Part shown: positions 28,609 through 40,893 of the stretch, one piece after another
Position numbering within the stretch: position 1 is the stretch's first letter
Layout: each line of letters begins with the position of its first letter
Origin: Kiritimatiellia bacterium
Lineage (GTDB): Bacteria > Verrucomicrobiota > Kiritimatiellia > RFP12 > JBMNHG01
NCBI GenBank assembly: GCA_050950285.1
Contig: JBMNHG010000002.1
Coordinates: 630,654-694,653, forward strand
Reading direction: 5' to 3'
Length of the DNA stretch: 64,000 bases
Notes under the pieces: model-generated
What the model was told of the DNA's origin: nothing
Databases searched by the model: none
Seen by the model: only the letters and a program-made list of their open reading frames with translations
Position numbers and translations under genes: made by a program

Positions 28609-31600
28609 ATGGGACTCCTGCAGTCGATACGCCATTGGATGTTCGCGGGCGCCTGCCTGCTGGCCGGCGTGCCGCTGCTCTTCTGCCTCGGCGCCTGGGC
28701 CGGGACGTCGCCCGGCCTGCGCCGCCTCTTCCGCGCTCTCGGCGACCGGTTCCGCTCGCTTGCGCCCTCCGTCAGGGCGGCGCTCTCCGCCCTCCTGGCG
28801 GTCGCCACCCTGCACGGCGTCCCGAAGGTGCCGCCCGGAAGCAACGCCCCGTCTTCCGGCCCTCCCCCGGCGGGCATGCTCTCCGGCGGCCTCCCGGCGC
28901 GGCCCGCGCGCGGCCCCTCCTCCGGCCCCCGCCTGACCGCCGACCAGTACCGGGCCGGCTTCGCGCTCGCGCGCGTCGCCACCAATCCGTCGCCCGCCCT
29001 GGCCTCCGTTCCGTCGAACGCCGTCGTCCACGCCCCCTGGACCCGCTACGGGGTGGCCGAGGACACCTTCTGGCTCCCCGCCACCAACTGGTCCTTCACC
29101 CTCGGCACCAACCGCGTCGGGGGGCTGCACGTCTCCAGCAGCGGAACGCTCTCCTTCGGTTGGCCCAAGGGCTCGCCCCGCGCCCGCCGGATGCCCGACG
29201 GCTCGGGCCTCGACTTCCTCGCCCCCCTGCAGACCTCCCTCGGCATCGTCCCGCCGGCCGGACGCTTCTGGCACGCCCCGACCGCCTCCAACAGCCTGCT
29301 CCTCGCCTGGCAGGACGTCTTCGCCGGCCGCGACGCCGGTCTCCCCGTCACCTTCCAGGCCGAACTCTTCCCCTCCGGCGACTTCGTCTACCGCTACGAC
29401 CTGTCCCGGCTGTCCGCCACCAACGCGTTGCCCGCCACCAACTGGGTCGTCGGCGCCCAGCACGGCGGCGGCGGCGAGACCTTCGCCTTCGGCGGCACGG
29501 GCGTCCTCGTCCACGGCCTCGAGCTCCACTGGCGCGCCTTCGGCATGCTCGATCCGGACATCGCCGACCACGACGGCGACGGGCTCTCCACCTACGACGA
29601 GGTGATGGTCCACGGCACCGACCCCCGCCTGCCCGACACCGACCTCGACGGCGTTTTGGACGGCGCCGAAGTCGCCGCCGGAACGAGTCCGCTGCTCCGC
29701 GACACCGACGGCGACGGGCTCGTCGACGGCTCCGACCCCGACCCGCTGTCCCCGACGCCGCCCGACGACCTCGACGGCGACGGCATCCCCGACGCCTACG
29801 AAACGGCGAAGTTCGGCGGCACCAACGCGGTGGACAGCCTCGCCTACGATCCCTACGACACCGGCTTCCCGCTCTCGACGAAGATCGCCGCGGGCATGGA
29901 CCCCTTCGCGGAGGCTTCCGCTCCGACGAACCTCGCCTGGAACCTCGCCTCCCTCAAGCTCTTCGACGCCTTCCGGTGCGACCTCCCCGCCGGCGGCACG
30001 AACCGGGTGTACGAGCGCACCTTCACGATCGACCGCAAAGGCGGCTGGCAGCAGTACTTCCTCTCCGCCTCCTCGAATGCGCCCGCAGGCTGGTCGCTCG
30101 ACGGCATGGCGCTCGAGTGGGCCGACTCCGAAGGCGGCTCCGGCACCGCGACCGCCTCGCCGCCCGACGACAGCCTCTGGCTCCCCGTGTCGACGAACGC
30201 GCTGCAACTGACCCTCGCGCTCCGCGCCACCTCGACGAATTCGACCTGCCCACAGCCGCTGTACCTGCTGGCCTGGGCGCCGGGCGTCCTCGTGGACGGC
30301 GCCGGGGCGGCGGCGGAAATCAACGGCGCGCGCTGCCAGGCCGTCGAATGGACGGGCGGCGGGACGTCGGTCGGCGTCCGCTACGACTTCTCCAACCGCC
30401 CCTGCCGCGCCGCGCCCTCCGAGATGGAGCAGGCCGCGCTCCTCGACCCGTTCCCCGGCGAAGCCCGCCTCGTCTTCACGCCGGACGGCGGCTTCACGGG
30501 CGGCTCGCTCGCGGCGAAGGCGCCCGGCATCTACGACGTGCCCGGATGCACGATCGCCCCCGCGCCGCCCCCGGCGCAGCGGGGCGGCCGGGGCGCAGGC
30601 GGCAGGGGCGACCCCGGGGAAGGCCCGGTCGAACGCCTCCTCTTCTTCGATCCCCGCATCGCCTACGGCGACGGCCGCCACGGCGGATGCGGGACCACGC
30701 TCTTCTTCGACGCCGCGACGGGCGACTACGAGCCCGCTTCCGACTACCCCCTCGACAGCCGGTGCCTCCGGGAGGGCTGGCGGCAGGATGCCACGGGCGG
30801 CCACCCGTGCGACTGCAGGGCCGAAATCGGCTACGGCGACCCGGCGCTGGCCGCGTACTTCGACGAAACCGTCGAAGACGACGGCCTTCGCGCCACCGGC
30901 ACCATCTTCTTCGACGGCAGGCCGGTCTGGAGCGGGGAGGCCATCCACCGCGTCGGCGAAAGATGCCACGACCCCTTCTACGACGAATGCGGCGACTGCG
31001 CGTCCGGCTGCGCCGACGGCGACTGCGACGGCCTCGAAGGCGACGGCCTCGGCTCGCTCGCCTTCCGCATCCCCCTCGGGATCCCCCGCGACGGCCAGGT
31101 CTCCGGCTTCCTCTGGTTCCGGGCGACGGAGCCGCTGCTCGTCGCGCCCTCCACCTTCAACCTGCTCGCCCGCGACGACGCCGCCGTCGCCGAAAGCGCC
31201 GCCGGCGGAACCCGCACCATCGCCTGCTCCGACGCCCGAGGCCGCACCGTCGTCGTCGAACCGATCGCCCATGGCGTCCGGATCGCCGTCCGCAAGACCG
31301 CCGGCGACGAACTGGAGCACGTCTGGGAGATCGCCAACGTCGGCGGGAGCCCGCGCCAAGTCGCGTTCAAGAAGATCAGCCGCCGGGACAACGTCATGCG
31401 CGACGTCGTCTACTCATATCGTGGGGATGGGGAGTGGGCGTGCTTCGACAACATCGCGCAGACCTCAGAGCAAGTGCTCCGCACCGACACGCTCGACGAC
31501 GGCCCCCACGGCGTCCTCCGCGAGGAACGCATCGTGCGCGACGCCGCCGGCGCGATCCTCTCGCGGGACGTCGCCGAGTCCCGGCGCTTCGGCTGCGGGC

Positions 31601-34600
31601 AGGACGCGACGCTCCGCCAGACCTACCACGCCACGCTCGGCCTCGAGCCCGACGGCGAACCCGGCCTGGTCGAAGACCACGCCACCTACTGGGAGGACGA
31701 CGCCCATCCCCGCCGCAACGGACGCCCCCGCCTCGTTTGGGGCGAGTCGCGACCCGTGGAGCTACCAGGCCTGGGACGACGAAGGCCGCGAGATATCCTG
31801 CGCCTCGACCAATTCGACGGCTCGGAGGCTCCCCTGGCTGCTTGTCGAACTGGGCCGCCCCGTCCGATCTCTCCGATCTGTCCGATCACCCCGGCCTGGC
31901 CGCCATCGCCACCGTCTCCGACTACGCGCCGCTGGCGGGCGATTCCAATCCGCCCGCCGCCCTCGATTCCGTCCGCACCGAGTCGCGCCACCTCGTCCGC
32001 GACGGCGCGGCGACGTGCATCGGGCGCACGTGGCACGTCCACACCGTCGGCACGGACACGGTGGGCCGCGCCTTCGCGACCGTGAAGACGGTCCGCGCCT
32101 GTTCCCCGAGCGCCGCCTTCGACGACCCCGGCAACGCCGTCTCCACCGCCACCCGCTTCGACGCCGACGCCCCCGGCATCCCGCTGCTCCTGCGCGGCCG
32201 TCCGCTCGAATCCACCGACGAAGACGGCGTGACCACCGCCTGCGACTACGCCCTCGGCGACTACGATCCCGCCACCCGCACCTTCGCCCCCGGCGGCGCC
32301 GGAACCGCGCTCCGCACCGTCGCCCGGCGTTCCTATCGGTCCAATCCGTCCGATACGTCCGATCTGACCATCCAAGATTCCGCGCACGGCACGACGCTCT
32401 ACTCCGCCACCCTCCTTCACGCCACCGGTGAGACGCTCGACTGGCAGGCGCACCTCTACGACGACAAGAACCGCCTCCGCTCCACGCTTTACTCCGACGG
32501 CTCCACCTCCACCAACGCCTACTCCTGCTGCCGCCTGCTCTGGACGCAGGATCGCGACGGCTTCAAGACCCTCCGCTCCGCCGAGACCGGCAAAGACCAC
32601 CTCTATTACGCCATGGAAGAGGTGTCGCTTGCCCAGTTGCCCGGATACGGCTACGGCCATCGCACGACGATGCATTTCATGGACGCCCTCGGCAGGGAGA
32701 CCAACACCGTCGTGACGGCAATCGCCACACCCGGAAGCGCCGCCACCCCCGATTGCGGGACGCTCGGCTTCACGGCTTCCGAAACGACGGCATACCCCGA
32801 CGGCACCGGCGACCACGCCGTCCATGTCGATCGGCGCGGGGTGCGCACGGTCTCGACGAGCCGGTCGTTCGCCGACCGCGAGGAGAGCGTCACCCTGACG
32901 TTCTCGCCGGCGAACCCCGACGTTTGCGTCGTGGCGAGCACGAACATCGCCTACCGGAACGGGCGTTCCATCGCCATCCGAAGCTGGGACGGCGGCTGGA
33001 CGCGCGAAACCTCGTGGAGCGATTACGCCGCCGACGGAACACGGCGATCCTTCTCCGTCACCGAGGCGTCCGATTCACCGAACGCGGTCACGAATCAAAT
33101 TTCGCACAGCGATTTCCTCGGGCGCACGGTCGCGACGCTGAGGCCCGGCACTGCGGGCGCCTGGCTCGTCACCTCGAACGCCTACGACGGCGCGACCTCG
33201 CGCCTGGTTCGCTCGGAAACGACCGGACAGCCCGCCACGACCTACCTCTACGACGAACGCGGCGAGATGGCGGCGACCGTCCAAAGCGGCGTCAAGACCG
33301 CTTCCGAAACCCGCTACGAGAACATCGCCGGGGCATGGTGGCGGGTGGACGTCCGCAGCACGTCGCTCGGGGGCGTCACCAACGCCGTCGCGACGACCCG
33401 CCGCCAGTTGACGGGGCTGTCCAACGCCCTGCGGAGCCGCACGGTGAACACCGGCCCGAACGGCTCGACGACGACGGAATCGGGCAGCTACAACCCGCAG
33501 ACCTGCGAGGTGACGACGGTTCGCGCCACCGATGCGGCGACGCCGCTTGTCACCGTCTCGAAGTTCGGGCGTTCAATTCGCCGCGAGACGTTGCGCGAAA
33601 CCGTTTACAACTATTTCGATCCGCTCGGGCGCGTTGCATACTCGGAAATGCGCGACCCTGAAACGGGCGTCTATTCCCATTTCCGCTGGTCGGGACTCGA
33701 CGAGTCCGACAACGAGACCCACTACGGCATTTATTATTACGACGACGATCTGCACGTCACAGGATCGAGAACCTTCGACGCCTTCGGCCGCGAAACGTCC
33801 CGCACCGACGCCCTCGGCAACACCGTCACCAACACCTACGACGCCCTCGGGCGTCCGGTTGCCGCCACCGGCGCGACCTACCCCGTGGCCTACGGATACG
33901 ACGCCGCCGGCCGCATGGCCGCCCTCGCCACCGCCCGAGGCAACGCCGCCGGCTTCGCCGCCCTCGCCGTCCAGCTTGCCGGAGGCGCGTCCCTCGCATC
34001 CCTTGCGTCCCCTGCGTCCCTCGATCTCACCGCCTGGAACTACGACCACGCCACGGGGCTTGCCACCAACAAGGTCTACGCCGACGGATCAGCAGTGTCC
34101 TATACGCACAACCCCGACGGCAGGCTTGCCGCCCGCACCTGGGCGCGTGGACTCGCCACAACCTACGCCTACAACCCCGACGGGCTGTTGACAGGCGTCT
34201 CGTACTCCGACGCCACATCTGCCGCCTCGCTCGGGTACGATGCCTTCCAGCGCCCTGCTTCCGCCTCCAACGCCGTCGCGCGATACGCCTACCAGAACAG
34301 CCACCTCGGCACCGCCACCAACGAGACGGCCACGGTCGGCGGCGACACCGCGACCCTGGCCCGCACCCTGGACCACCGCCACCGCCTGGCGGAACTGCGC
34401 AGCGGCAATGCCGCCCCCGTCCATTACGGCTACGACTCCGAAAGCCGTCTTTCCACCGTCTCGAATGATGCCTTTTCGGCAAGCTACGCATATACTGATG
34501 ACGCCTGGGACGCCGGATACACCATCACGCAGACCAACGGGATAGTTCTCTCCCGTACCGTCATCCGCGACCGGTACCGCCGCCACCTTGTCACGGTCAT

Positions 34601-36221
34601 CACCAACAGCGCCAGCGGCGTGCCGCACAGCCCGCTGGCCTACACCTACGACCTGCTTAACCGCGTCACGTCACGAAACGCCGACACCTTTGATTACAAC
34701 GCCAGAAGCGAAGTCACATCCGCCATCATCCAGCCCGCCCACACCAACCGCTACGCCTTCGACAACATAGGCAACGCGCTGTGGGCCTCGCTTAACTCCG
34801 TCACGAACATCTACACCGCCAACGAACTGAACCAGTATTTCCTGATTTCCAATCATGTCAATCATGTCAATCCTGTCCAAATTTCTCCCGTATACGATTT
34901 AGACGGAAATATGACGTGGGACGGGCGTTTCAACTACACGTATGATGCCGAGAACCGCCTTGTCGCCGCCTATTCCAACGGCCTGTGCGTAGTCTTCAAC
35001 GCCTACGATCATCTTAGCCGCCGCGTGTTGAAAATCTCACGCGGAGGCGCGGAGACACGGGGATTTGTCTACGACGGCTGGCTGCCGGTTCTCGAAATCG
35101 TCGCCACCGCCTCGGGCGTGACCACCAACCACTACGTTTGGGGTAAGGATATTTCCGGCACGCTTCAAGGCGCAGGTGGTGTAGGCGGTTTGCTGGCCGT
35201 CTCACTTAACGGTGCGTGGTACTTCCCCTTCTATGACAACAACGGCAACATCATGGCCTACGCCGACGAACAGGGTACCATCGTCGCCGAGTACGCCTAC
35301 GACGCCTTCGGGCGCACCATTGAGGCTACCGGCTCCATGGCCGACGCCTTCCGCCACCGCTTCAGCACGAAATATTACGATGCCGAAACCGGCCTCTACT
35401 ACTACGGCTACCGGTTCTATGATCCCGAGTTGATGAGATGGTTCAACAGGGATCCGACTAGGGAGAATGGGGGTTGGAACCTATATGCCTTTGTCGTAAA
35501 CGATCCATGCAACAAGATTGACGCCCTTGGTCTTGAATGGACAGTTAATCGGAACGGCTTTTCACAAGCTGATGCCGACTGCAAGTGCGATAACGTCGAG
35601 GAACTCGCAAAAAGGATAGGCCTTGAGGTTGCCGATTATCAGAAGTGGCTCTCTCAGGCAGACGGCCACCCTCTCCCATCTTCCGCGACTGAGGTCATGA
35701 AAAAACGTAAATTCCGGATACCCAATATCGTTTATGCCTACTGGGCGGGCGATGTCGGTTGGACGGGAAAAACGTGGGTCAACTGGAATTCCAGTATCAT
35801 CCACCTCAAGAACTTGGGGTTTGCCACCATCGCGCACAATCATACAGCAGGCAGCAGTTACGTGCTTCAAAACATACTGCAAGTTGCCGCCAGCAGTCGA
35901 GCATTGCACGGCCTGTATTACTGGGGGCACGGCTGGGCTCCATATCCGTCCTATGGCCTCACGACGTCAGGTGGCGATGACGTAGTCTACTATCGCAATG
36001 TCACGTTTGCAGATGGCACGGCTAAGTCAGGAGTCAGTTTGCCATACAAGATGGCGCTCGGACTCATCTATGCTTGCGATAGCAACAGCGGCAAGCCAGC
36101 ACTTTTTTCTGGAGCACCTGGCGGTATATGGCATGGGTATTCGGGAGCTCTCTATCCGATCATTCCGTTTCGCTATCATGTCAATTCACACATCCATCAT
36201 GGGGATCAGGAGACGAAGTGA
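28609..36221 (+). CDS. Full-length RHS/YD-repeat polymorphic toxin (~2500 aa), with an apparent frameshift cluster at ~31750-31845
   Basis: ORF 28609-32085 gives the N-terminal half (hydrophobic segments, DxDGDG repeats). ORF 28635-36221 gives the YD repeats, the core (FSTKYYDAETGLYYYGYRFYDP...NRDP), the cleavage motif NDPCNKIDALGL and a lower-GC tip. Could be a pseudogene or an assembly error. Confidence 0.85.
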
Positions 36222-36225
36222 GCGT

Positions 36226-36672
36226 ATGAAGAACCGTGTCTTCTTTGTGCTTCTTGGAATTCTGTCCTTTGTTTGTATGGCAGGTTGTTCAGTCACGACA
36301 CAGTTACGTATCAAGAACGAAACTGGTCAGGATGTTGCCATTATGAGCGCTCACACTGGACAAACAGTCAGTATTCGCAACGGTGCGACCAAACTTATAC
36401 CGCACACCGCTGGCAACATAACCGTCATGCAAGCAGACGGAGAGTCATGGCTCTACGAGAACCTCTCGCCCCTGCAATTCAAAGGCACTCCTTACGCTAT
36501 TTTTACGCGAAATCTTTACGGCTCATCAATCATCGTCGACCTTTTTCTTGCCAACGACGGACGCATGTACGCCGTGTCCGCCAACAGCAAGGATTTTGCT
36601 CTCCAGAAGGCTAGGCAACCGGCTGGCTTTCCACTTATTCCAGCCAATAAGGGTCTCAGGCTCAACGAATAG
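36226..36672 (+). CDS. Putative immunity lipoprotein for the main RHS tip
   Basis: Starts 4 nt after the toxin stop; lipobox-like MKNRVFFVLLGILSFVCMAGC; lower GC. Confidence 0.7.
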   Translation: MKNRVFFVLLGILSFVCMAGCSVTTQLRIKNETGQDVAIMSAHTGQTVSIRNGATKLIPHTAGNITVMQADGESWLYENLSPLQFKGTPYAIFTRNLYGSSIIVDLFLANDGRMYAVSANSKDFALQKARQPAGFPLIPANKGLRLNE

Positions 36673-36680
36673 CGACTGCT

Positions 36681-39600
36681 ATGGAACAGCTACGCGATAG
36701 TGCCTACAACCACCTGAGCCGCCGTGTTCTGAAGATCACCGCAACCGCGACGCACACCTACGACTACGACGCCACCGGATGCCGGATCGACATCCGGGTG
36801 TCCGAATCCAGCGACCATCCCGCCGTCACGAACAGCGTGACCCGCCACGACTTCCTCGGGCACGTCGCCGAAGCGGCCACGCCGCTCTCCCGCACGGAAT
36901 ACGCCTACCACGGCAGTTCGCGCCGCATCGCGTCGGAAACGGAAATCCGCTCCGGTCGCGTCACGACGCCCCTCTACGACGAACTCGGCGACGTCATCGG
37001 CAGCGTGGCCGACGGCGTGGCGTCGATGTCGCTCGCCACCTACGAACTGCGCTCCAACGCCTGGTGGCGCGTCGCGACCTCCTTCCTGACGGCCGACGGC
37101 CGGACCAACGGGCTTTCCGTGTCCCGCACGCGCCTGACGGGGCTTTCCAACGCCCTGCGCGCCTGCGTCGAAACCGAGGCCGACGGCGCGACCACGCGCG
37201 TCGCCACGTCGTTCGACCCGGTCGCCAAGGTGTCCACCGACACCCTCGAACGTACCGGCATGGCGACCACGACGCGCAAGCGCATGTTCGGGCGGGAGAT
37301 CGAGGCGACGGACGCCGACGGCGTCACCCGCTACAACTACTTCGACCCCTACGGTCGCGTCTACCTCACGCGGGAGTTCACGGGCGAACGCTTCCACTGG
37401 CGCACCCTCGCCATGCGCAACGATGTCGGCGACGTCTACGCCTCGGCGCGTTTCATCGGCGGCACCCCGCACTGGAACAACGTCGCCCGGTTCAACGGCT
37501 TCGACTCGCGCGGCAACCTCGTCGCCTCCACCAATGAAATGGGGTACGTCACGCATTCGCTCTTCGACTCCGCCGGACGCCTCGCCGTGCGCTTCGGCGC
37601 CGTCCATCCGGTGGGCTACGGCTACGACGCGACGGGGCGCCTGAAGTCCCTCTTCACCACGCGCAACGGCGCAACGTGGGACGTCACGCAGTGGAACTAC
37701 GACCCCGCCACGGGGCTGGTCACCAACAAGGTCTATGCCGACGGCTCCGTTCTTGCGCATGGCTGGACGCCCGACGGCCTGCCGGAGCGCACCACCTGGG
37801 CGCGGGGCGCATGGCGTCATGTCGCGTACAACGACCGGCGGCTTCCCGCCGCCGTCTCGTACTCCGACCCCGGCACGCCGGGCCATGAATTGTCCTACGA
37901 CGCCTTCGGGCGGCTCGTCGCCGTGGCCGACGCCGCCGGACGCCGCCACGGCTACGCCTACGGCGTTCCCGCCGCCTCGCCGACGAACGAGACCGCCGCC
38001 GCGGACTCCGCCACGAACGCCATCGCCCGAATCCTCGACGCCAACAGCCGCCCGGTCTCCACGACCTTGCGCATCAACGACGCACCGCGAGGCGGGGTGT
38101 GGCATGCCTATGCGGACTCGGGCAGGCTGGCGCAGGTCGCCGCCACCAACGCCCAGGGGCGAGGGCTTGTGGCCGCCTACACCAACTTTGCCGGGTGGCC
38201 TGTCGGCCATTCGGTCGAACTGCCCTCCGGCGCGGTCTTCACGCGGACGCTCGCGCGCGACGCCTACCGCCCGAACCGCGTCACGTCCATTGTCCATGCG
38301 TTCGACGGCGTGGAGATCAGCCGATACACGCACACCTTCGATGCGCTCGACCGTCTTTCCGCCCGCAACGCCGACACTTTCGGCTACAACGTCCGTTCGG
38401 AAGTGGTGTCCGCCACCGTCGCATCCAACGAATACGCCTACGCCTACGACCACATAGGCAACCACACGACCGCCTCAGTCAACTCTGCCACGACGACCTT
38501 TGAAGCCAACGCCCTGAACCAATACACATCCTTCTCAAATCTTGTTCAATCTTGTAATCCTGTCTATGATGCTGACGGCAACATGCTGACCAATGGCGTG
38601 TGGTCTTACACGTGGGACTGCGAGAATCGGCTTGTCACGGCATGCTCAAACAACGTCTGCGTTGTATCCAACGCCCACGACTACCTTTCCCGCCGCGTCC
38701 TGAAGGCCACGCCCGAGGCGGTTCACGCCTTCGTCTACGACGGCTGGAACTTGATTCACGAAACCGTGACGGCGGGCAACGGCGACGTGTCTGAAATCCA
38801 GTACTTCTGGGGGCCTGGCCTCTCCGGCACACTGCAAGGCGCGGGCGGCGTCGGCGGTCTTCTGGCCGTTTCCATCAACGGGCAGTTCTACCTGCCCTGC
38901 GTTGACAACAACGGCAACATCGCCGCCTATGTTGGTGAATCTGGTTCTATCGTAGCGGAGTATGTCTATGACGCCTATGGCGGCACCATAGCTGCTTCCG
39001 GCTCGATGAGCGACACCTTCCGCCACCGCTTCAGCACGAAGTACTATGATGCTGAAACCGGGCTTTACTACTATGGCTGTCGTTTTTACGATCCCGTTCT
39101 CCACCGCTGGCTCAACCGTGATCCGATCCAAGAAAAAGGCGGGGCGAATCTGTATGCGTTTTGCGGCAACAATGGAATAAACATCATTGATTTACTGGGG
39201 AAGCAGGGTGTAACGGTTTATAGAATCCATGCCATTGGGGACTCGATGACCTATGGTGTGCGCACAAAAACGGATCCGCTGATGGCACCCAAAGACCCTT
39301 GGGATCTTGCCCACAGGAAACGTCTGGAAAACATACAGAACCAAGGTTGGCGCGGATACCTGAAGCAAAAGCTTGATCGCGCAAGTTCGGGGAAGGCATA
39401 TCGGTTTGAGTTCTCGGGGAATTATCCAGCTTCCGATGATCCCGGGAACATCCGCCACGACGGCTATCCGGGAGACAAAGCGGGGAAGATCTATGAAAGA
39501 ATTCAACAAGGCCAGATTGTCTGTAAGGAAGACGACATCTATATCTTGTTGATTGGGATGAACGATGCGCTCAATCTTGGTGTCGAACTCGCAAATGGGG

Positions 39601-39959
39601 CAAAGAAAGTGGATGTCAACCCCGCTTTAAGCGCCATGACTGGCATTGCCACGTCTATTCGACAGGACGATCCCGCGCTGTTTCTCTGGGGGAAAATTCC
39701 CTACATTACCGATTTGGCAAGAGGCAGAAACCCGAAATTCATCCCTACGAATGTCAATCTTCCCATCAAATACATCAACCAGCATGTCGGCAACGAGGCG
39801 TCGTTTTTTGGGGCGACCGTCTTCGACTTGCAAAACCTGTTCATTGACAATCCTTCGTTTACCGACGACGGCTTTCATTTCAGCGATGCAGGAAATCGAC
39901 ACGTGGCATCCCTTCTCGCTGAAATCATACAAAACAAGATTGGTCAATTGCACCGTTGA
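36681..39959 (+). CDS. Orphan RHS cassette 2 with an SGNH/GDSL hydrolase tip
   Basis: YD repeats, RHS core, IDLLGK, then IHAIGDSMTYG, HDGYPG, LLIGMND, DGFHFSDAGN (SGNH blocks I, II, III, V). Lacks the N-terminal domains. Confidence 0.85.
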   Translation: MEQLRDSAYNHLSRRVLKITATATHTYDYDATGCRIDIRVSESSDHPAVTNSVTRHDFLGHVAEAATPLSRTEYAYHGSSRRIASETEIRSGRVTTPLYDELGDVIGSVADGVASMSLATYELRSNAWWRVATSFLTADGRTNGLSVSRTRLTGLSNALRACVETEADGATTRVATSFDPVAKVSTDTLERTGMATTTRKRMFGREIEATDADGVTRYNYFDPYGRVYLTREFTGERFHWRTLAMRNDVGDVYASARFIGGTPHWNNVARFNGFDSRGNLVASTNEMGYVTHSLFDSAGRLAVRFGAVHPVGYGYDATGRLKSLFTTRNGATWDVTQWNYDPATGLVTNKVYADGSVLAHGWTPDGLPERTTWARGAWRHVAYNDRRLPAAVSYSDPGTPGHELSYDAFGRLVAVADAAGRRHGYAYGVPAASPTNETAAADSATNAIARILDANSRPVSTTLRINDAPRGGVWHAYADSGRLAQVAATNAQGRGLVAAYTNFAGWPVGHSVELPSGAVFTRTLARDAYRPNRVTSIVHAFDGVEISRYTHTFDALDRLSARNADTFGYNVRSEVVSATVASNEYAYAYDHIGNHTTASVNSATTTFEANALNQYTSFSNLVQSCNPVYDADGNMLTNGVWSYTWDCENRLVTACSNNVCVVSNAHDYLSRRVLKATPEAVHAFVYDGWNLIHETVTAGNGDVSEIQYFWGPGLSGTLQGAGGVGGLLAVSINGQFYLPCVDNNGNIAAYVGESGSIVAEYVYDAYGGTIAASGSMSDTFRHRFSTKYYDAETGLYYYGCRFYDPVLHRWLNRDPIQEKGGANLYAFCGNNGINIIDLLGKQGVTVYRIHAIGDSMTYGVRTKTDPLMAPKDPWDLAHRKRLENIQNQGWRGYLKQKLDRASSGKAYRFEFSGNYPASDDPGNIRHDGYPGDKAGKIYERIQQGQIVCKEDDIYILLIGMNDALNLGVELANGAKKVDVNPALSAMTGIATSIRQDDPALFLWGKIPYITDLARGRNPKFIPTNVNLPIKYINQHVGNEASFFGATVFDLQNLFIDNPSFTDDGFHFSDAGNRHVASLLAEIIQNKIGQLHR

Positions 39960-39973
39960 AAATGGAGGTTGAA

Positions 39974-40825
39974 ATGACAAAGTTCTCTATAGCTTCAACT
40001 TTATCAGTCTGCATCATTTTTTCCTTTTCGGCAGGATGCTCACGGGAAAACGAAGGTGTCGGCACACATGAAAGTAGAATTGTCAGATTTGGGGACTGGG
40101 ATTTAGAAAGCCTCGGGGCGTCAACAAATGGTTTGATCCGTTTTTATGACGAAACACTGCAACGATGCGGCTACGCCGACATTTCGGGCAGAGTTGTGTT
40201 GGAACCTCAATATTCCGTATGTAGCGTGACATTCTCCGAAGGATATGCCTGGGTGGAGTTTCCTTACGAATCAGATGCTCACGAAACAAATTATTATGAT
40301 ATTTGTTTTGGTGATTTCATCGACACGAACGGCGTCAGGCTGGTCGGGAAAAAACTGTATACCACCGTTCCGGAGCCTTGGATGTGGGGTTACGATTTTG
40401 AGCCGCAGTTTGTCAATGGGCTTGCGTTCGTGTCGGCCGATCCATCCGACTTTCCAGAAGTTGCCATGCCGACAAACGTGCATCCCAAAATCAGAGAGGC
40501 CCTTGAAAGCAAAAGCGCTAGATATGTCTATTGCATTGACACCAATGGGATCCCCATTGCCGCCCACCACGTTCATGGTCCGTTTTACACAGCCGCCATG
40601 AGCTCTGATGGCCCAAGTTTCCGTGGTGGATGTCGGCGGACATGGATTGATTTGTTGAACGGGGACAGGGGACTTCTACTTTGGGATGGAAGCATGCCAT
40701 TAACGACTTCGGTTAAAGACCCAGAAAAATTTCAGGAGATCGAACGCCGATTCGTCGAAGAGAACTATGGAACTAACGGCGTCGTGAAATTCACAGGCCA
40801 GGCATGGATGTTCTTCTATCATTGA
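39974..40825 (+). CDS. WG-repeat lipoprotein, putative immunity protein (copy 1)
   Basis: GGAGG RBS; lipobox FSAGC; GYADISGRVVLEPQY...FSEGYAWV, FIDTNG, FVNGLAFV. Confidence 0.75.
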   Translation: MTKFSIASTLSVCIIFSFSAGCSRENEGVGTHESRIVRFGDWDLESLGASTNGLIRFYDETLQRCGYADISGRVVLEPQYSVCSVTFSEGYAWVEFPYESDAHETNYYDICFGDFIDTNGVRLVGKKLYTTVPEPWMWGYDFEPQFVNGLAFVSADPSDFPEVAMPTNVHPKIREALESKSARYVYCIDTNGIPIAAHHVHGPFYTAAMSSDGPSFRGGCRRTWIDLLNGDRGLLLWDGSMPLTTSVKDPEKFQEIERRFVEENYGTNGVVKFTGQAWMFFYH

Positions 40826-40893
40826 CCATACGCTGGCTACTGGCTGACGGGGAGTGAAATATTATTTAATAAAATCACAAGAGGAATAAGTAA

